Below are positions 28,393-38,989 of a stretch of 64,000 nt of DNA, piece by piece. The notes below the pieces were generated by a model. That model did not search any database. It had not been told where the DNA came from and saw only the letters and a program-made list of their open reading frames with translations. The DNA lies in assembly GCA_965205505.1 (NCBI GenBank), contig CBDBHB010000008.1, forward strand, positions 896,001 through 960,000, in the 5' to 3' direction. A program made the position numbers and the translations under genes. How positions within the stretch are numbered: the first letter of the stretch is position 1; every line of letters begins with the position of its first letter. The stretch comes from Acidobacteriota bacterium (GTDB lineage: Bacteria > Acidobacteriota > UBA890 > WLXD01).

Positions 28393-29715
28393 ATGACATC
28401 GATGGAAGCGACTGCTCAATCCTCCGTGAGCTCCGATGACGTGCGTGCAATCGTCCAGGCAGCCGGTGAGCCCGAGTGGCTGGCGCAGAGGCGCCACGAC
28501 GGCTGGGATGCCTACTCCGCTGCTCCCCTGCCCGATCGCGTTGCCCACCTGTGGCGCTACTCGGAGCCCGAGAAGTTCCTTCCCGACCGCATCACCCCGC
28601 TAGTTTCCAGCGGCGCGGTTTCTGACAGCGACGCCGCTGACGATTTGCCCGGCGATCCGGCGGCGGTGGCCGTGGTCGAAGACGCGGTGCTGCGGTCTTG
28701 CTGGATCGACCCGGCGTGGCGCGACGCCGGCGTCGTGCTGATGGACCTGGGCACGGCGGCGCGGGAGCATGCAGATCTCGTCCGTGCCCATCTCGGCACT
28801 GCAGCCGGCGCCGAGTCGGGCAAGTTCGAGGCACTCAACGCGGCCCTCTTCTCCGGCGGCCTCTTTCTCTACGTGCCTCGCAACGTGAAAGTGGACAAGC
28901 CCATCCACCTGTTTCAGCGTGCCCGCGCCGATCTGGCCGGCCTGTTCGCGCGGCTGCTGGTAGTGGTCGACGAGGGCGCCGAGGTGACCCTGTTCGACGA
29001 GTACAGCAACGGCGGTGAGCATCCGCGCGTGCTGGCGAACGCGGTAGTCGAGGGTGCGCTGTTGCCCAACTCGCGGCTCTCCTACTTCAACGTCCAGCGC
29101 TGGGGCGATCGGACCCGGAGCCATGCGCGACAGCGGTTCCTGCTGCAACGCGATGCCTCGGTAACCACCGTCAACATCGGGCTCGGCGGCCAGTACAACA
29201 AGGCCGACCTGGGCAATGTCCAGCAGGGTGGTAACGCCCAGGCCGAGATGATCGGCGTGATCTTCGGCGGCGATCACCAGCACTTCGACAACCACACCGA
29301 ACACGTCCACGAAGCCGGCAACAGCTTCTCCGACATGGACTTCAAGGTGGTGCTCGAGGACCGGGCACGCTCGGTCTACACCGGGCTCATCCGTATCGAC
29401 CGATCGGCGGCCAACTGCGAGGCCTATCAGGAGAACCGCAACCTGATGCTCGATCCCACGTGTCGTGCCGAGTCGATCCCCGAGCTCGAGATCCTCAACG
29501 AGGAGGTCCGCTGTACCCATGGCGCCACCGTGGGCCCGATCGACGAAGAGCAGATCTACTACCTTCGCACGCGTGGGCTGCGAGAGTCCGAGGCCGAGCG
29601 GCTGATCGTGGAGGGGTTCTTCGGACCCGCCCTGGACCGTATCGAGGACGACGAGATCCGCGACCGGTTGTGGGGCTACATCGACGCCAAGCTCGCTGGT
29701 AGAACCCGCCTATGA
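28393..29715 (+). CDS. sufD: Fe-S assembly protein SufD
   Basis: LWRYS, PELEILNEEVRCTHGATVGPIDEEQIYYLRTRG. Confidence 0.95.
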   Translation: MTSMEATAQSSVSSDDVRAIVQAAGEPEWLAQRRHDGWDAYSAAPLPDRVAHLWRYSEPEKFLPDRITPLVSSGAVSDSDAADDLPGDPAAVAVVEDAVLRSCWIDPAWRDAGVVLMDLGTAAREHADLVRAHLGTAAGAESGKFEALNAALFSGGLFLYVPRNVKVDKPIHLFQRARADLAGLFARLLVVVDEGAEVTLFDEYSNGGEHPRVLANAVVEGALLPNSRLSYFNVQRWGDRTRSHARQRFLLQRDASVTTVNIGLGGQYNKADLGNVQQGGNAQAEMIGVIFGGDHQHFDNHTEHVHEAGNSFSDMDFKVVLEDRARSVYTGLIRIDRSAANCEAYQENRNLMLDPTCRAESIPELEILNEEVRCTHGATVGPIDEEQIYYLRTRGLRESEAERLIVEGFFGPALDRIEDDEIRDRLWGYIDAKLAGRTRL

Positions 29716-30074
29716 GCACGACGACACAGACGTGGGTCGAAGTGGCAGCATCGGATGCGATTCCCGACGGCGAGGCGCGCACGTTCACGGTGGCTGGGGT
29801 CCGTATCGCGGTGGCCCGCGTCGAGGGCGAGCTGTTCGCGGTCCAGGACCTGTGTACCCACGACGACGGGCCGCTGGGTGAGGGACGGCTCCTGGGGCAC
29901 GCCATCCAGTGCCCGCGCCACGGCGCCCAGTTCGACATCCGCACCGGCGAGGTGCTGTTGATGCCCGCGCTCGTGCCCATCGACACTTTCCCGGTGCAGG
30001 AGCAGGACGGCAAGGTACTGGTCAGCGTGCCTGAAGCCGCCCGCGCCGCAGCCGATTCCGGCGACGACTGGTAG
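29712..30074 (+). CDS. Rieske ferredoxin of the suf operon
   Basis: CTHDDGPL...CPRHGAQFD. Confidence 0.9.
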   Translation: MSTTTQTWVEVAASDAIPDGEARTFTVAGVRIAVARVEGELFAVQDLCTHDDGPLGEGRLLGHAIQCPRHGAQFDIRTGEVLLMPALVPIDTFPVQEQDGKVLVSVPEAARAAADSGDDW

Positions 30075-30086
30075 GCGAGGGCCAAG

Positions 30087-31355
30087 GTGCCTACGTCAAC
30101 AGCGAAAGCCACCGAGCCGCAGGCGATCGACGTCGCGCGGGTACGCGCCGACTTCCCCATTCTGAGTCGGGAGGTGCACGGCAAGCCCCTCGTCTACCTC
30201 GACAACTCGGCAACCACGCAACGGCCAGAGGCGGTGATCGAGGCCATTGCCGACTTCTACCGGACGAGCAACGCCAACGTCCACCGCGGCGTGCACGCCC
30301 TGTCGGAGGAGGCTACCGACGCCTACGAGGGCGCCCGCAAGAAGGTCGCGAGCTTCCTCAATGCCGCTACCCCGGAGAGCATCGTCTTCACCCGCAACAC
30401 CACCGAGTCGATCAACCTCGTAGCGCACTCCTGGGCGCGCCGTCACCTGCGCGCCGGTGACGAGATCATGCTCACCGTCACCGAACACCACAGCAACCTC
30501 GTCCCCTGGCAGATCCTCTCTCAGGAGATCGGCTGCAAGCTGCGCTTCCTGGACATCGACGACGACGGCCACCTGCGCATCGACCAGATCGACGAGGTGC
30601 TCAACGAACACACCCGCCTGGTGGCTATCAGCCACGTCTCCAACGTGCTCGGCACCGTCAACCCGATCCCCACGATCGCCTGTGCCGCACGGGCGGTTGG
30701 CGCCAAGGTGCTCGTCGACGGCGCTCAGGGCGTGCCGCACGGGCCGGTCGATGTGAGCGCGCTGGACTGTGATTTCTACGCCTACTCGCCCCACAAGGCG
30801 CTCGGCCCACTCGGCATCGGCGTGCTGTGGGTCGACCGCGATCTGATGGAGGAGATGGACCCCTTCCTCGGCGGCGGCGAGATGATTCGCGACGTGACGC
30901 TCGAGCGCAGCACCTGGGCAGCGGTACCGCATAAGTTCGAGGCGGGCTCGCCGTCGGTGGCCGACGCCGTGGGGCTGGGCGCCAGCATCGATTACCTCGA
31001 GTCGCTCGGCATGCAGAATGTCCGCCACCACGAGGTGAGCATCAACGAGTACCTGCTCGAGCGGCTGCAAGAGCTGCCGTGGGTGACGATCTTCGGGCCC
31101 AAGAATCCGAGCGATCGCTGCGGTCTGGTGACTTTCAACGACAACCAGATTCACCCCCATGACCTCGGTACCGTCCTCGATCAGCACGGCGTGGCGATTC
31201 GCACCGGGCATCACTGCGCCAAGCCGCTCATGCGGCGGCTGGGGGTGATGGCCAGTGCCCGCGCCTCGTTCTACATCTACAACGACAGGAGCGAGGTCGA
31301 TGTGCTGATCAACGCGCTGCTCGCAGCGCGCGAAGTGTTCGGCCTCTCGACCTGA
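30087..31355 (+). CDS. sufS: Cysteine desulfurase SufS
   Basis: VYLDNSAT, NVHRG, EHHSN, DGAQ, SPHK (PLP lysine), RTGHHCA. Confidence 0.96.
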   Translation: MPTSTAKATEPQAIDVARVRADFPILSREVHGKPLVYLDNSATTQRPEAVIEAIADFYRTSNANVHRGVHALSEEATDAYEGARKKVASFLNAATPESIVFTRNTTESINLVAHSWARRHLRAGDEIMLTVTEHHSNLVPWQILSQEIGCKLRFLDIDDDGHLRIDQIDEVLNEHTRLVAISHVSNVLGTVNPIPTIACAARAVGAKVLVDGAQGVPHGPVDVSALDCDFYAYSPHKALGPLGIGVLWVDRDLMEEMDPFLGGGEMIRDVTLERSTWAAVPHKFEAGSPSVADAVGLGASIDYLESLGMQNVRHHEVSINEYLLERLQELPWVTIFGPKNPSDRCGLVTFNDNQIHPHDLGTVLDQHGVAIRTGHHCAKPLMRRLGVMASARASFYIYNDRSEVDVLINALLAAREVFGLST

Positions 31356-31372
31356 CGCCTGGAACCAAACAG

Positions 31373-31855
31373 ATGCAAGGACTCGACGATCTGTACCGGG
31401 AGGTCATTCTCGACCACTATCGGACCCCGCACGGCGCCGACGTGATCGATGCCCCGTCGGTACAGGTGGAGGGGTTCAATCCGCTGTGCGGCGACGAGCT
31501 GGTGATGAGCCTCGACATCGACGATGGCCGTATTCGCGGGCTGCACATAAAGCCGTCCGGGTGCTCGATATCGGTGGCTTCGGCTTCAATGCTGGCGCAG
31601 CAACTGGAAGGCAAGACCGTGCAGGAGGCGATCCAGCTCAAGGAGAGCTTCAAGGCGGTGATGCGCGGCGGCGACTGGCCGGCCGGAACCGACCCCGGTG
31701 ACCTCGAGGCACTCGAGGGAGTGAAGAGGTTCCCCGTCCGTATCAAGTGTGCGCTGCTCGCCTGGATGACGCTCGAGCAGGCGCTGGCGCAGCACGACCC
31801 GGAGCTCGCCTCGCAGGTTGAGACCGACAAGGACATCGAAGTCAGGGTCCACTAG
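31373..31855 (+). CDS. sufU: SufU (NifU-like) sulfur transfer protein
   Basis: LYREVILDHY, NPLCGD, GCSISVAS, RIKCALL. Confidence 0.93.
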   Translation: MQGLDDLYREVILDHYRTPHGADVIDAPSVQVEGFNPLCGDELVMSLDIDDGRIRGLHIKPSGCSISVASASMLAQQLEGKTVQEAIQLKESFKAVMRGGDWPAGTDPGDLEALEGVKRFPVRIKCALLAWMTLEQALAQHDPELASQVETDKDIEVRVH

Positions 31856-31920
31856 GCACGGCGCGGGACCGAGCAACCCGCGTCGAGCAGTGGCCCGAAA
31901 CCACGCCAACGGAGTACCGC

Positions 31921-32238
31921 ATGTCGTTACCGAACAGGGAAGAGGTTTTCGAGGCGCTGAGGCCGATCGTCGATCCCGAGATGAACGTCTCGATCGTCGA
32001 CCTCGGGCTCATCTACGATGTCGAGGCCGAGGAGGAGGATAGCCGTCTGCGCGTGAAGATGACCCTCACGTCGCCGATGTGCCCGGTCGGCCCACAGATC
32101 ATGGGAGCGGTGCACACCACCTGCTTGCAGATGGAAGAGGTCGAGGACGTTGATATCCAGCTGGTTTGGACGCCGCCTTGGGACCCTCGTGCGATGGCGA
32201 CCGAGGACGTCAAGATGATGCTCGGTATCTGGGACTGA
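31921..32238 (+). CDS. Metal-sulfur cluster assembly factor (SufT/PaaD-like)
   Basis: DPEMNVSIVDLGLIY, MTLTSPMCP, WTPPW. Confidence 0.9.
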   Translation: MSLPNREEVFEALRPIVDPEMNVSIVDLGLIYDVEAEEEDSRLRVKMTLTSPMCPVGPQIMGAVHTTCLQMEEVEDVDIQLVWTPPWDPRAMATEDVKMMLGIWD

Positions 32239-32367
32239 CCACCGACCCACCGGAGACCTCAGGTGGGGATGCGGTCCAGATCGGGCCGAGACCCGGCCCA
32301 ACGGCTGTGCTAATCTCAATTCGACGCTGCCGTTACCGTCTGCCGCACCGTCCCCAGGACCACGACC

Positions 32368-32916
32368 GTGATTCGTTCCCGCGCCCTTGCGCTGTTTGCC
32401 ATGATCCTGGCGGCAGCTCCGTTGCACGCGCAGGACTCACCGACCGCGGAAGAGGTGCTGTACGCGCTCCAGGACGTAAGCCTGACGCTCGATAGTCTGC
32501 AGGTGCGCTCCACCCTGGCTACCGATGTCGGCGGCAGTGCCCTGTTGCAGCTGCGTGACGGAACGCTCATCGACGTTCGCCTCGCCGCCGCCGCGGATAG
32601 CGGCTGGTCGGTGCAGGATATCTCGATGGTCGCCGGCAGCGGCGCTACATTCCGTAGCTGGACGCAAGGCTGGCGCGCCCGCGTGAACGCGGCGGAGAAC
32701 TTCCTTGCCGGCGTCGCAACGGCCGGAACGCCGACTCGGACGGCCGAGGAACTGGCGACGCTTTCGTGGTTCGAGGATCCGGACCAAAGCACCCGTCTGT
32801 GGGGCATGAACCCGGTGACCTACCGGATGATGCAGGCGCTGCAGATGATGCCAACGCTGCAGGGCCCGACGGGCGGCGGGACTCTCACCAACCCGGTACC
32901 CCGTCAGCAGCAATAG
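32368..32916 (+). CDS. Hypothetical exported protein
   Basis: Signal peptide ending PLHA-Q; no recognised family. Confidence 0.55.
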   Translation: MIRSRALALFAMILAAAPLHAQDSPTAEEVLYALQDVSLTLDSLQVRSTLATDVGGSALLQLRDGTLIDVRLAAAADSGWSVQDISMVAGSGATFRSWTQGWRARVNAAENFLAGVATAGTPTRTAEELATLSWFEDPDQSTRLWGMNPVTYRMMQALQMMPTLQGPTGGGTLTNPVPRQQQ

Positions 32917-32974
32917 CTCCGCGGCTGGCCCCAACTCGCCGCAACCAGGCCCGCCACACTTCTGCCACGGCCTG

Positions 32975-34282
32975 CTAGAACCTCCGGCGACGGCCGCCCT
33001 CCCGGCTCCGCGGCAAGTCCGAGCTCAGCTGGATGTGGACACGATAATCGGACATCTGGGCCCAGTCCGCCACCATCTCCGCCATCGGCATTCCCATGCT
33101 CGGATCCCGCGCTTCCGGTCCCGGTTCAGCGCCGAACGCGGCAGCCTCGTCGCCCGTTGCAATCATCACGGCCAGCTCGCCTGGCTGGACTTCCAGCCGC
33201 TCGGGGATGCGCACCATGCAGTGATTGGAGCTCATCTCGCCGACGAACGGACACCGCGTGCCACGAATCCACACGTGTCCGCCGCCCACCACCGCCTCCG
33301 GTGGATACCCGTCCGAGTAGCCGATCGGTAGCAAGGCGATAGTCTGCGGCGTCTCGGCCACATACACGCGGTGGTATCCCACCGACTCGCCCTGCCGAAG
33401 CCTCTTCACGCTGACCACCCGAGCGCGAAGCCCAAGCACCGGCTTGAGCCCCAGATCGGGCTCGCGGTCGCGCGCCGCGCGCGACGGATAGTGACCGTAC
33501 AAGAGAATCCCGGGTCGCACCATGTCGAGGTGCGCATCGCGCATCTCCAGGAGCGCTGCGCTGCTGGCCGCATGGCGCCGTCCGATGTCGATTCCCTCGG
33601 CGACAGCGCGCTCGCAGATCTCGTTGAGACGCCCCAGTTGCACCCGATCGAAGTCGGCATCCTCGGCGAAGGCGGTGCTCACCCCGGCGATGCGCACCCG
33701 CGATCGGCCGCCGATATACCTGAGCAGCTCGGAAGCCTCACGCCAGGGCACCCCGACCCGACCGAGGCCAGTGTCGATATGCACATGAACCACCGCCTCC
33801 GACTGCTGCATGGCGGCTCCCGCCACCAGATCCGACACCGCATCGCGTGAATCGACCATCTGCTCGAGCCGATGCTCGATAATCAGCTCGGCCCCCGGAC
33901 CGAACACGCGTCCGAAGTGCAGGATCGGTGTCTCGATCTCGGCGTCGCGCAGCGCCACTGCTTCCTGAGTATTGGCCACCATGAAGGCCTCGACTCCGGC
34001 GGCAGCGAGCGTCTGGGCAACGGGCACGAGACCGTGTCCGTAGGCGTCGGCCTTCACCACGGCCATCACCGGCAAGCCGTTGGCACGCTCGCGAACGAGC
34101 GCCAGATTGGCGTTCAGGTTGGCCACGTTGACGCCCACCCAAGCATCGAAGCGGCGACCCCGAGCGCCGCGCGAGAACCCGAACTGCCGGGACGTGGACG
34201 GCGACGCAAGCCCGGCGCGCCCAGTAACCAGTCCCGCGCCTACGGCGCCAACTCCGGACCAAAGCAGGTCACGCCGCTTCAC
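32975..34282 (-). CDS. alr: Alanine racemase-family protein with Tat signal
   Basis: AVVKADAYGHG, HIDTGLGRVG, DMVRPGILLYG, SVGY, IGYSDGYP; N-terminus MKRRDLL. Confidence 0.88.
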   Translation of the reverse strand: MKRRDLLWSGVGAVGAGLVTGRAGLASPSTSRQFGFSRGARGRRFDAWVGVNVANLNANLALVRERANGLPVMAVVKADAYGHGLVPVAQTLAAAGVEAFMVANTQEAVALRDAEIETPILHFGRVFGPGAELIIEHRLEQMVDSRDAVSDLVAGAAMQQSEAVVHVHIDTGLGRVGVPWREASELLRYIGGRSRVRIAGVSTAFAEDADFDRVQLGRLNEICERAVAEGIDIGRRHAASSAALLEMRDAHLDMVRPGILLYGHYPSRAARDREPDLGLKPVLGLRARVVSVKRLRQGESVGYHRVYVAETPQTIALLPIGYSDGYPPEAVVGGGHVWIRGTRCPFVGEMSSNHCMVRIPERLEVQPGELAVMIATGDEAAAFGAEPGPEARDPSMGMPMAEMVADWAQMSDYRVHIQLSSDLPRSREGGRRRRF

Positions 34283-34317
34283 AGGCCACCTCCTGCCGCG
34301 CTCCGCACCACGGCGTG

Positions 34318-34645
34318 CTAGTGAACGAACCCGATGTCATCCGGATTCGGTATGCTGCCCTGGGGATCCTGAATGTCGCCGAACTGCTCTTCATATTTGC
34401 GCAGATTGTCGCTCAGCGCGCTGACGATGCGCTTGTAGTGCGACGGCGACACGATTACCCGCGACACCAGGTGCCCTCGCGGCCCCTCACCCGCCGGTGT
34501 GACCGAGAAGAAGTCGCAGACGAATTCCCTCCGCTGTATGGCTCACCGACATCAGGTTGGCGTAGCGACCCTTGAGGTCGTCGTCGGTTGCGGAGATCTG
34601 AACGTGCCCCTCCGATGTCGGAACGATGTCTTCCGGGTTATCCAT
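34318..34645 (-). CDS. DUF3467-like protein (frameshift near 34530)
   Basis: GRYANLMSVSHT then, in another frame, EFVCDFF...VSRVIVSPSHYKRIVSALSDNLRKYEEQFG. Confidence 0.7.
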
Positions 34646-34851
34646 GCGTTTGCCTGCCCTAAGGAACCGAAGATCGAGAACAAATGCCACGGGCCGTGGA
34701 AAGTAGCCATACTAACGGCTCACCCCCGGCTGTCCACAGCAGCACCCGCCGCTTGGCGCGCCCGGACGTGGCCGCTATCATAGGCGGCTGCTGAGTCCGT
34801 GTGATCAGGCACTCCACCTCGGCAGGCTCGTTCGAGCCAGACGACCCAGGT

Positions 34852-34924
34852 GGGCGCATAACTCAGCGGCTAGAGTGCCATCCTCACACGGTGGAAGTCC
34901 CAGGTTCGAATCCCGGTGCGCCCA
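34852..34924 (+). tRNA. tRNA-Val(CAC)
   Basis: Acceptor stem GGGCGCA/TGCGCCC, D arm, anticodon arm CCATC-CTCACAC-GGTGG, GGTTCGAATCC T loop; CCA not encoded. Confidence 0.95.
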
Positions 34925-35086
34925 CTCTCTCCAACCTCCTGTGGTCAAAGGGCTTCTCGCCTACGTCAGGTTCCCCCTCCGATTCCTCGGGGCGGCGGGC
35001 TGATCACGCCCCTGTCGCTCCAATCTGATTTGCATCAGACTGCTACGGCAGCATCAAGAAGTTCGAACATAGGTGAGAGGGCATCC

Positions 35087-37053
35087 ATGAAGAACCCCGC
35101 GGCCGACGCTAGAGACTTCGCGAGGCTGCGTTGGCTACTGGCCGTCGCCGTTGTCGGTGCGTGTGGCCCGGCAGACGGACCCGGTGGGCGGGCGGTGACC
35201 AATGCTGGGGTAGACGAGCCGTCATCGAGCACCGTGCAAATCTCTTCTGATTCGACGCCGTTGCCGCTCGACATGATGCTCTCCGGCAGCGATCTGGCAG
35301 CTCCGGTCGACAACGCCGGCTTCTATCCCCCCAGCGACGCCACACCGGCTCCGGCGCTTGCTGTGCGGCTTGCCATCGAGCAGACGCGGATGCTGTTTGA
35401 ACCCGAGATCCCGCAGCCGGTGTGCGATGGCTCGGCGGTCGAGCTGGGCGGGTCGTGCCGGGGTGGCCACGACAAGCGCCTGTTGCCCGCGTTCACTCTG
35501 GACTTGTTCACCGCCGGCGAAGTTCTCGCCGCGATTCAGATCGGCGAAATGCTTGGAGACGAACGCACCGGTGGTAGCCGGAGCTACTGGCACGTGATCC
35601 CGCAGTACGGGCGTGTGTGGCGACAGCCCGGCGATGGCGACTGGTCGCGCGCCGCCTTCGCCCTGATGTTGGTACATGACATGGAGAATCACGCCCATCA
35701 AGGCCTCGCGAGTTTTCTATACGCCGGTGGCGAGGTCACCGATCTGCGGTTTCAGTTTGTCCAGCAGACGGCGCCATTTAACATTCCGGTGCACTTCGTC
35801 GCCTGGGGCGCGGCGAAAGCGTCGTTCGAAGCGGTGGCATTCGGCAATCTCGAGGCCCGGCGAGCCCGGGTCGATTCAGAGTTGGCGGCGAGGTTGCCGC
35901 TGCGACCCTGGGGCGAGTTGGTGGCGGCGTTGGCGGACGAGGGTTTGCCAGAAGCAACGCTCGAGGGTTTTGGCGGCCTGCTTCCGGACGACTATGTGGT
36001 CGCCAAGGGCCCTGGTCCGCGACGGCGTTGTCTACCACCAGGGATCGCAGACCCCCTACGGGCCCTATCCGTATCCGCAGGAGATGCGGTTCGGGCCGCG
36101 ATCGGTGGCCAAGTCGGTTACGGTGCCCCTGGCGCTCGGTCGTCTGGCGCAAGTCTACGGTCCCTACGTGCTCGACCTTAAGATCGGCGACTACGTCGCC
36201 GGGCTGGATCCCGAGTACGACGAAGTGCGCTTCATCGACGCCGCCAACATGGCCACTGGCATGGGTGGCCATGGAAGCTCAGTTACCAGTCCTAACAGCA
36301 CCGGCGATGGCTACGTCGACGACACCTATGACGATTGGTACAACGGCGCGTTTTCGAACGCCGAGAAGATCACCAGCATCACCGAGAACGGCTCGCCGTA
36401 TCCCTGGGGAGCGGGGATCGTCATGCGCTATCGCGATCGCGACTTTCACCTGCTCGGCGCTGCGACCGACGGGTTCCTGAGGTCGGCCAGGGGCCCGGAC
36501 GCCGACATCTGGGAGATGCTCGAGGAGGAGGTCCTCGCACCCATCGGCATCCATCACGCGCCGATCGTAAGGACGCGCGAGGCCGATGGAGAGTTAGGTC
36601 TGCCCTGGTTTCATGCTGGCATCTACGTAACCCTCGACGACGTGGCCAAGATTTTCACCCTGTACCAGAACCTCGGCCAACACGACGGCGAGCAACTCCT
36701 GCACCGGGGGCTGGCCGCCCAGATCTTCAGCACCGAGGGCGCGATCACCAAGGAAACGGATCTCTCCGTCGCTGCCGCATTCGGCCCGACGCGCGCCAGT
36801 GCCGCTGGCAGCCGGCGAGGGACTCTACAAGATGGGTTTCCATCTCACGCCGCATGTCGATCTCGATGGCGGCGCGGTCGTTTACTTGCCGGGCGCCTTC
36901 GGCGCCGGCTCCAACCAGGTAATCATGTACCCGCAGGGTCTGATCTCGATTCGCATGGCCAAGGTATGGGACTGTAGCGAATGCCAGGGGCTCTCCGGTC
37001 CGGAAGGCACGATAGCGGCGGTCAATAGGTTGCTCGGCACGCTCGTGCGCTAG
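35087..37053 (+). CDS. Beta-lactamase-like serine hydrolase lipoprotein (frameshifts near 36010 and 36800)
   Basis: Lipobox-like VVGAC; SVAKS (SxxK); AANMATG; MRYRD; EVLAPIGI. Confidence 0.7.
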
Positions 37054-37094
37054 CGCGGCCCTGTTGAGCTCGCTCGACTCGAAAGCTCCTCATC

Positions 37095-37230
37095 GGGTAC
37101 TGTCAAGTTAACTCGAAATCGGCAAAACAACGCGCGTGACCCGTAGGACTGGAAACCCCTGTTATTCGGGCGTTTGCGGTCTGGGCGAGGTGCCTAAGCG
37201 GGCAAGAATCAGCTTAACTTGACAGTACCC
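37095..37230. mobile_element. MITE-like element, family B (136 bp)
   Basis: Perfect 17-bp terminal inverted repeat GGGTACTGTCAAGTTAA. Confidence 0.8.
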
Positions 37231-37634
37231 ACCCGAGCACTCGCACGCCAAGCAGGGTCTGATGCGCGGCACGCTGAATCGCCAGCTTCTGGTGTCTCGG
37301 GAGCTGCCAATCGACCCTGCATGTCACGCTGCTATCGTAGGGGCGCTGCAGTCACCTGGCGCCGTCATGCTCTCGTGAAGTGCAGGTGGGGAGTCTGACG
37401 ATCTCGACAGGCTCCCCTGCCCGTAGCCCCCGTCGGTAGGCTCCGCCCCCGGCCCCCGCATGCTCAGCCAGCGGAGAAGCTCGTGTCACCGGTTCTCGTC
37501 TGGGGTGCTGGTGGGCTAGTAGGCCATGTAAGCGATGATACGGGCGTCTCGCGCGCAGCTGTAAGAAACCCCGATAGCCCTGCACTCACCATCGAGTGGC
37601 GCACTAGACCGCTCTCAAGCCAACTCGATGGAGG

Positions 37635-38648
37635 ATGGAAATGACCAAGCTGCGCAGTTGGATCCTGTTGTCCCTTGCCCTACCCACCATGGCCATTGCC
37701 AGTTCGGCCAGCCCGCTGTCGCACCAGGTGCCTCAGTACCGCGGCGAGGTCAACGCGATCCAGACGGACGTGTTGGTTCTGGACGACCAGGGACTGCCGA
37801 TGGTCGGTCTGACGTTGGACGACTTCGAGGTCTACGAGGACGGCGTCAGACAGCGGCTGTCCAGTGTAGAGATGATCGGTTCGCGCTCTGACGAGGCGAC
37901 GGTGGAGGTTACGCCACGCCGATTCGTCTTCGTCATCAACCGGCTGGGCGCCACGCCCGTATCGTTGGTGAAAGCCCGAAACGCGCTGGAGGGCTTTGTC
38001 ACGACCTTTCTGACCGACGACGATAAGGTCATGGTGGTCGACATCGGCTATACGGTCCGAGTGCTTCAACCATTCTGCGGCTCGAAGGACGCGACCATCC
38101 GCGACATTCGTAATCTCCCGCTCCTGCGCGTTGACTACCCGCATCACTCGCACTACGGCGAGCGATATGTCTTCGAGGCACTCGAGAGCCTTGGCGAAGC
38201 GCTCGGAGACGTTCCCGGCCGCAAGATCGTCATCTTGCTGTCAAACGAGCTGCACAGCCGGTATGGCGAAGACATCGACGACACGATCGATGCACTCAAT
38301 GAATCCAACAGCACCGTCTATTCGATCGACCTGGAACTCGTGTACCAGCGCGTGCGCCGTCGCTTATTCCAGCGTCACACTCGCTATGCAATCGAGGGTC
38401 TGTTCCCACTCGCCAATGAAACCGGCGGTCGCTACTTCTACAACCAAACGAGGTTCGAGCGTCCGGTTCGACGCATTGGCGAGGAAAACAGCAGCTACTA
38501 CCTGCTCACCTTCACGTCGAGCAATCGTGCGCTGGACGGCGAGTATCGGAAGCTGCAGGTAAAGGTCAAGCGGCCGGAAATGAAAGTCGTCGCGCGGCGC
38601 GGCTACGTAGCCCCAAGAGTCGACGAAGCCGGCCTTGCGGGCGGGTGA
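37635..38648 (+). CDS. Acidobacterial-type VWA domain protein
   Basis: Signal peptide; GLTLDDFEVYEDGVRQ, PGRKIVILLS, LANETGGR, YYLLTF, DGEYRKLQVKV, ARRGY. Confidence 0.85.
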   Translation: MEMTKLRSWILLSLALPTMAIASSASPLSHQVPQYRGEVNAIQTDVLVLDDQGLPMVGLTLDDFEVYEDGVRQRLSSVEMIGSRSDEATVEVTPRRFVFVINRLGATPVSLVKARNALEGFVTTFLTDDDKVMVVDIGYTVRVLQPFCGSKDATIRDIRNLPLLRVDYPHHSHYGERYVFEALESLGEALGDVPGRKIVILLSNELHSRYGEDIDDTIDALNESNSTVYSIDLELVYQRVRRRLFQRHTRYAIEGLFPLANETGGRYFYNQTRFERPVRRIGEENSSYYLLTFTSSNRALDGEYRKLQVKVKRPEMKVVARRGYVAPRVDEAGLAGG

Positions 38649-38679
38649 GATCGGCAATGGAAGACACATCCTTCCGCGG

Positions 38680-38989
38680 GGTACTGTCAAGTTAAGTCGA
38701 TTATGGGGAGCTGAGGCCTCGTCGTGATGACTGTCGGCGGCCTTTGGTAATCCTCTGGTAAACGCCGCTCTGCGACGTCGTATCGTAGCGGCTGCGACGG
38801 CCTATTCAGCGTGTAACTTCAAGTAGCGTAAAGAGATACCCGTCTTCGCGCTGTTAGTGCTTTCTACGCTCGGCGGAAGTCACAGGTTCGAGTCCCGGGG
38901 CCCTGCTCCGCCCAAACGTGCCGTCTTTCGCCTCTATTTTTCGAGGTCGGTACGAACTGTGCCAGGCTGCCCGTTAACTTGACAGTACC
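38680..38989. mobile_element. MITE-like element, family B (310 bp)
   Basis: 16-bp terminal inverted repeat GGTACTGTCAAGTTAA at 38680-38695 and 38974-38989. Confidence 0.8.
38871..38900 (+). repeat. Degenerate copy of tRNA-Val 3' half (att-like)
   Basis: 26/30 identity to 34889-34918. Confidence 0.65.

Noticed and set aside
38871-38900. Second tRNA gene
   Set aside because: Only the variable and T-arm part is present; no acceptor stem or D arm.
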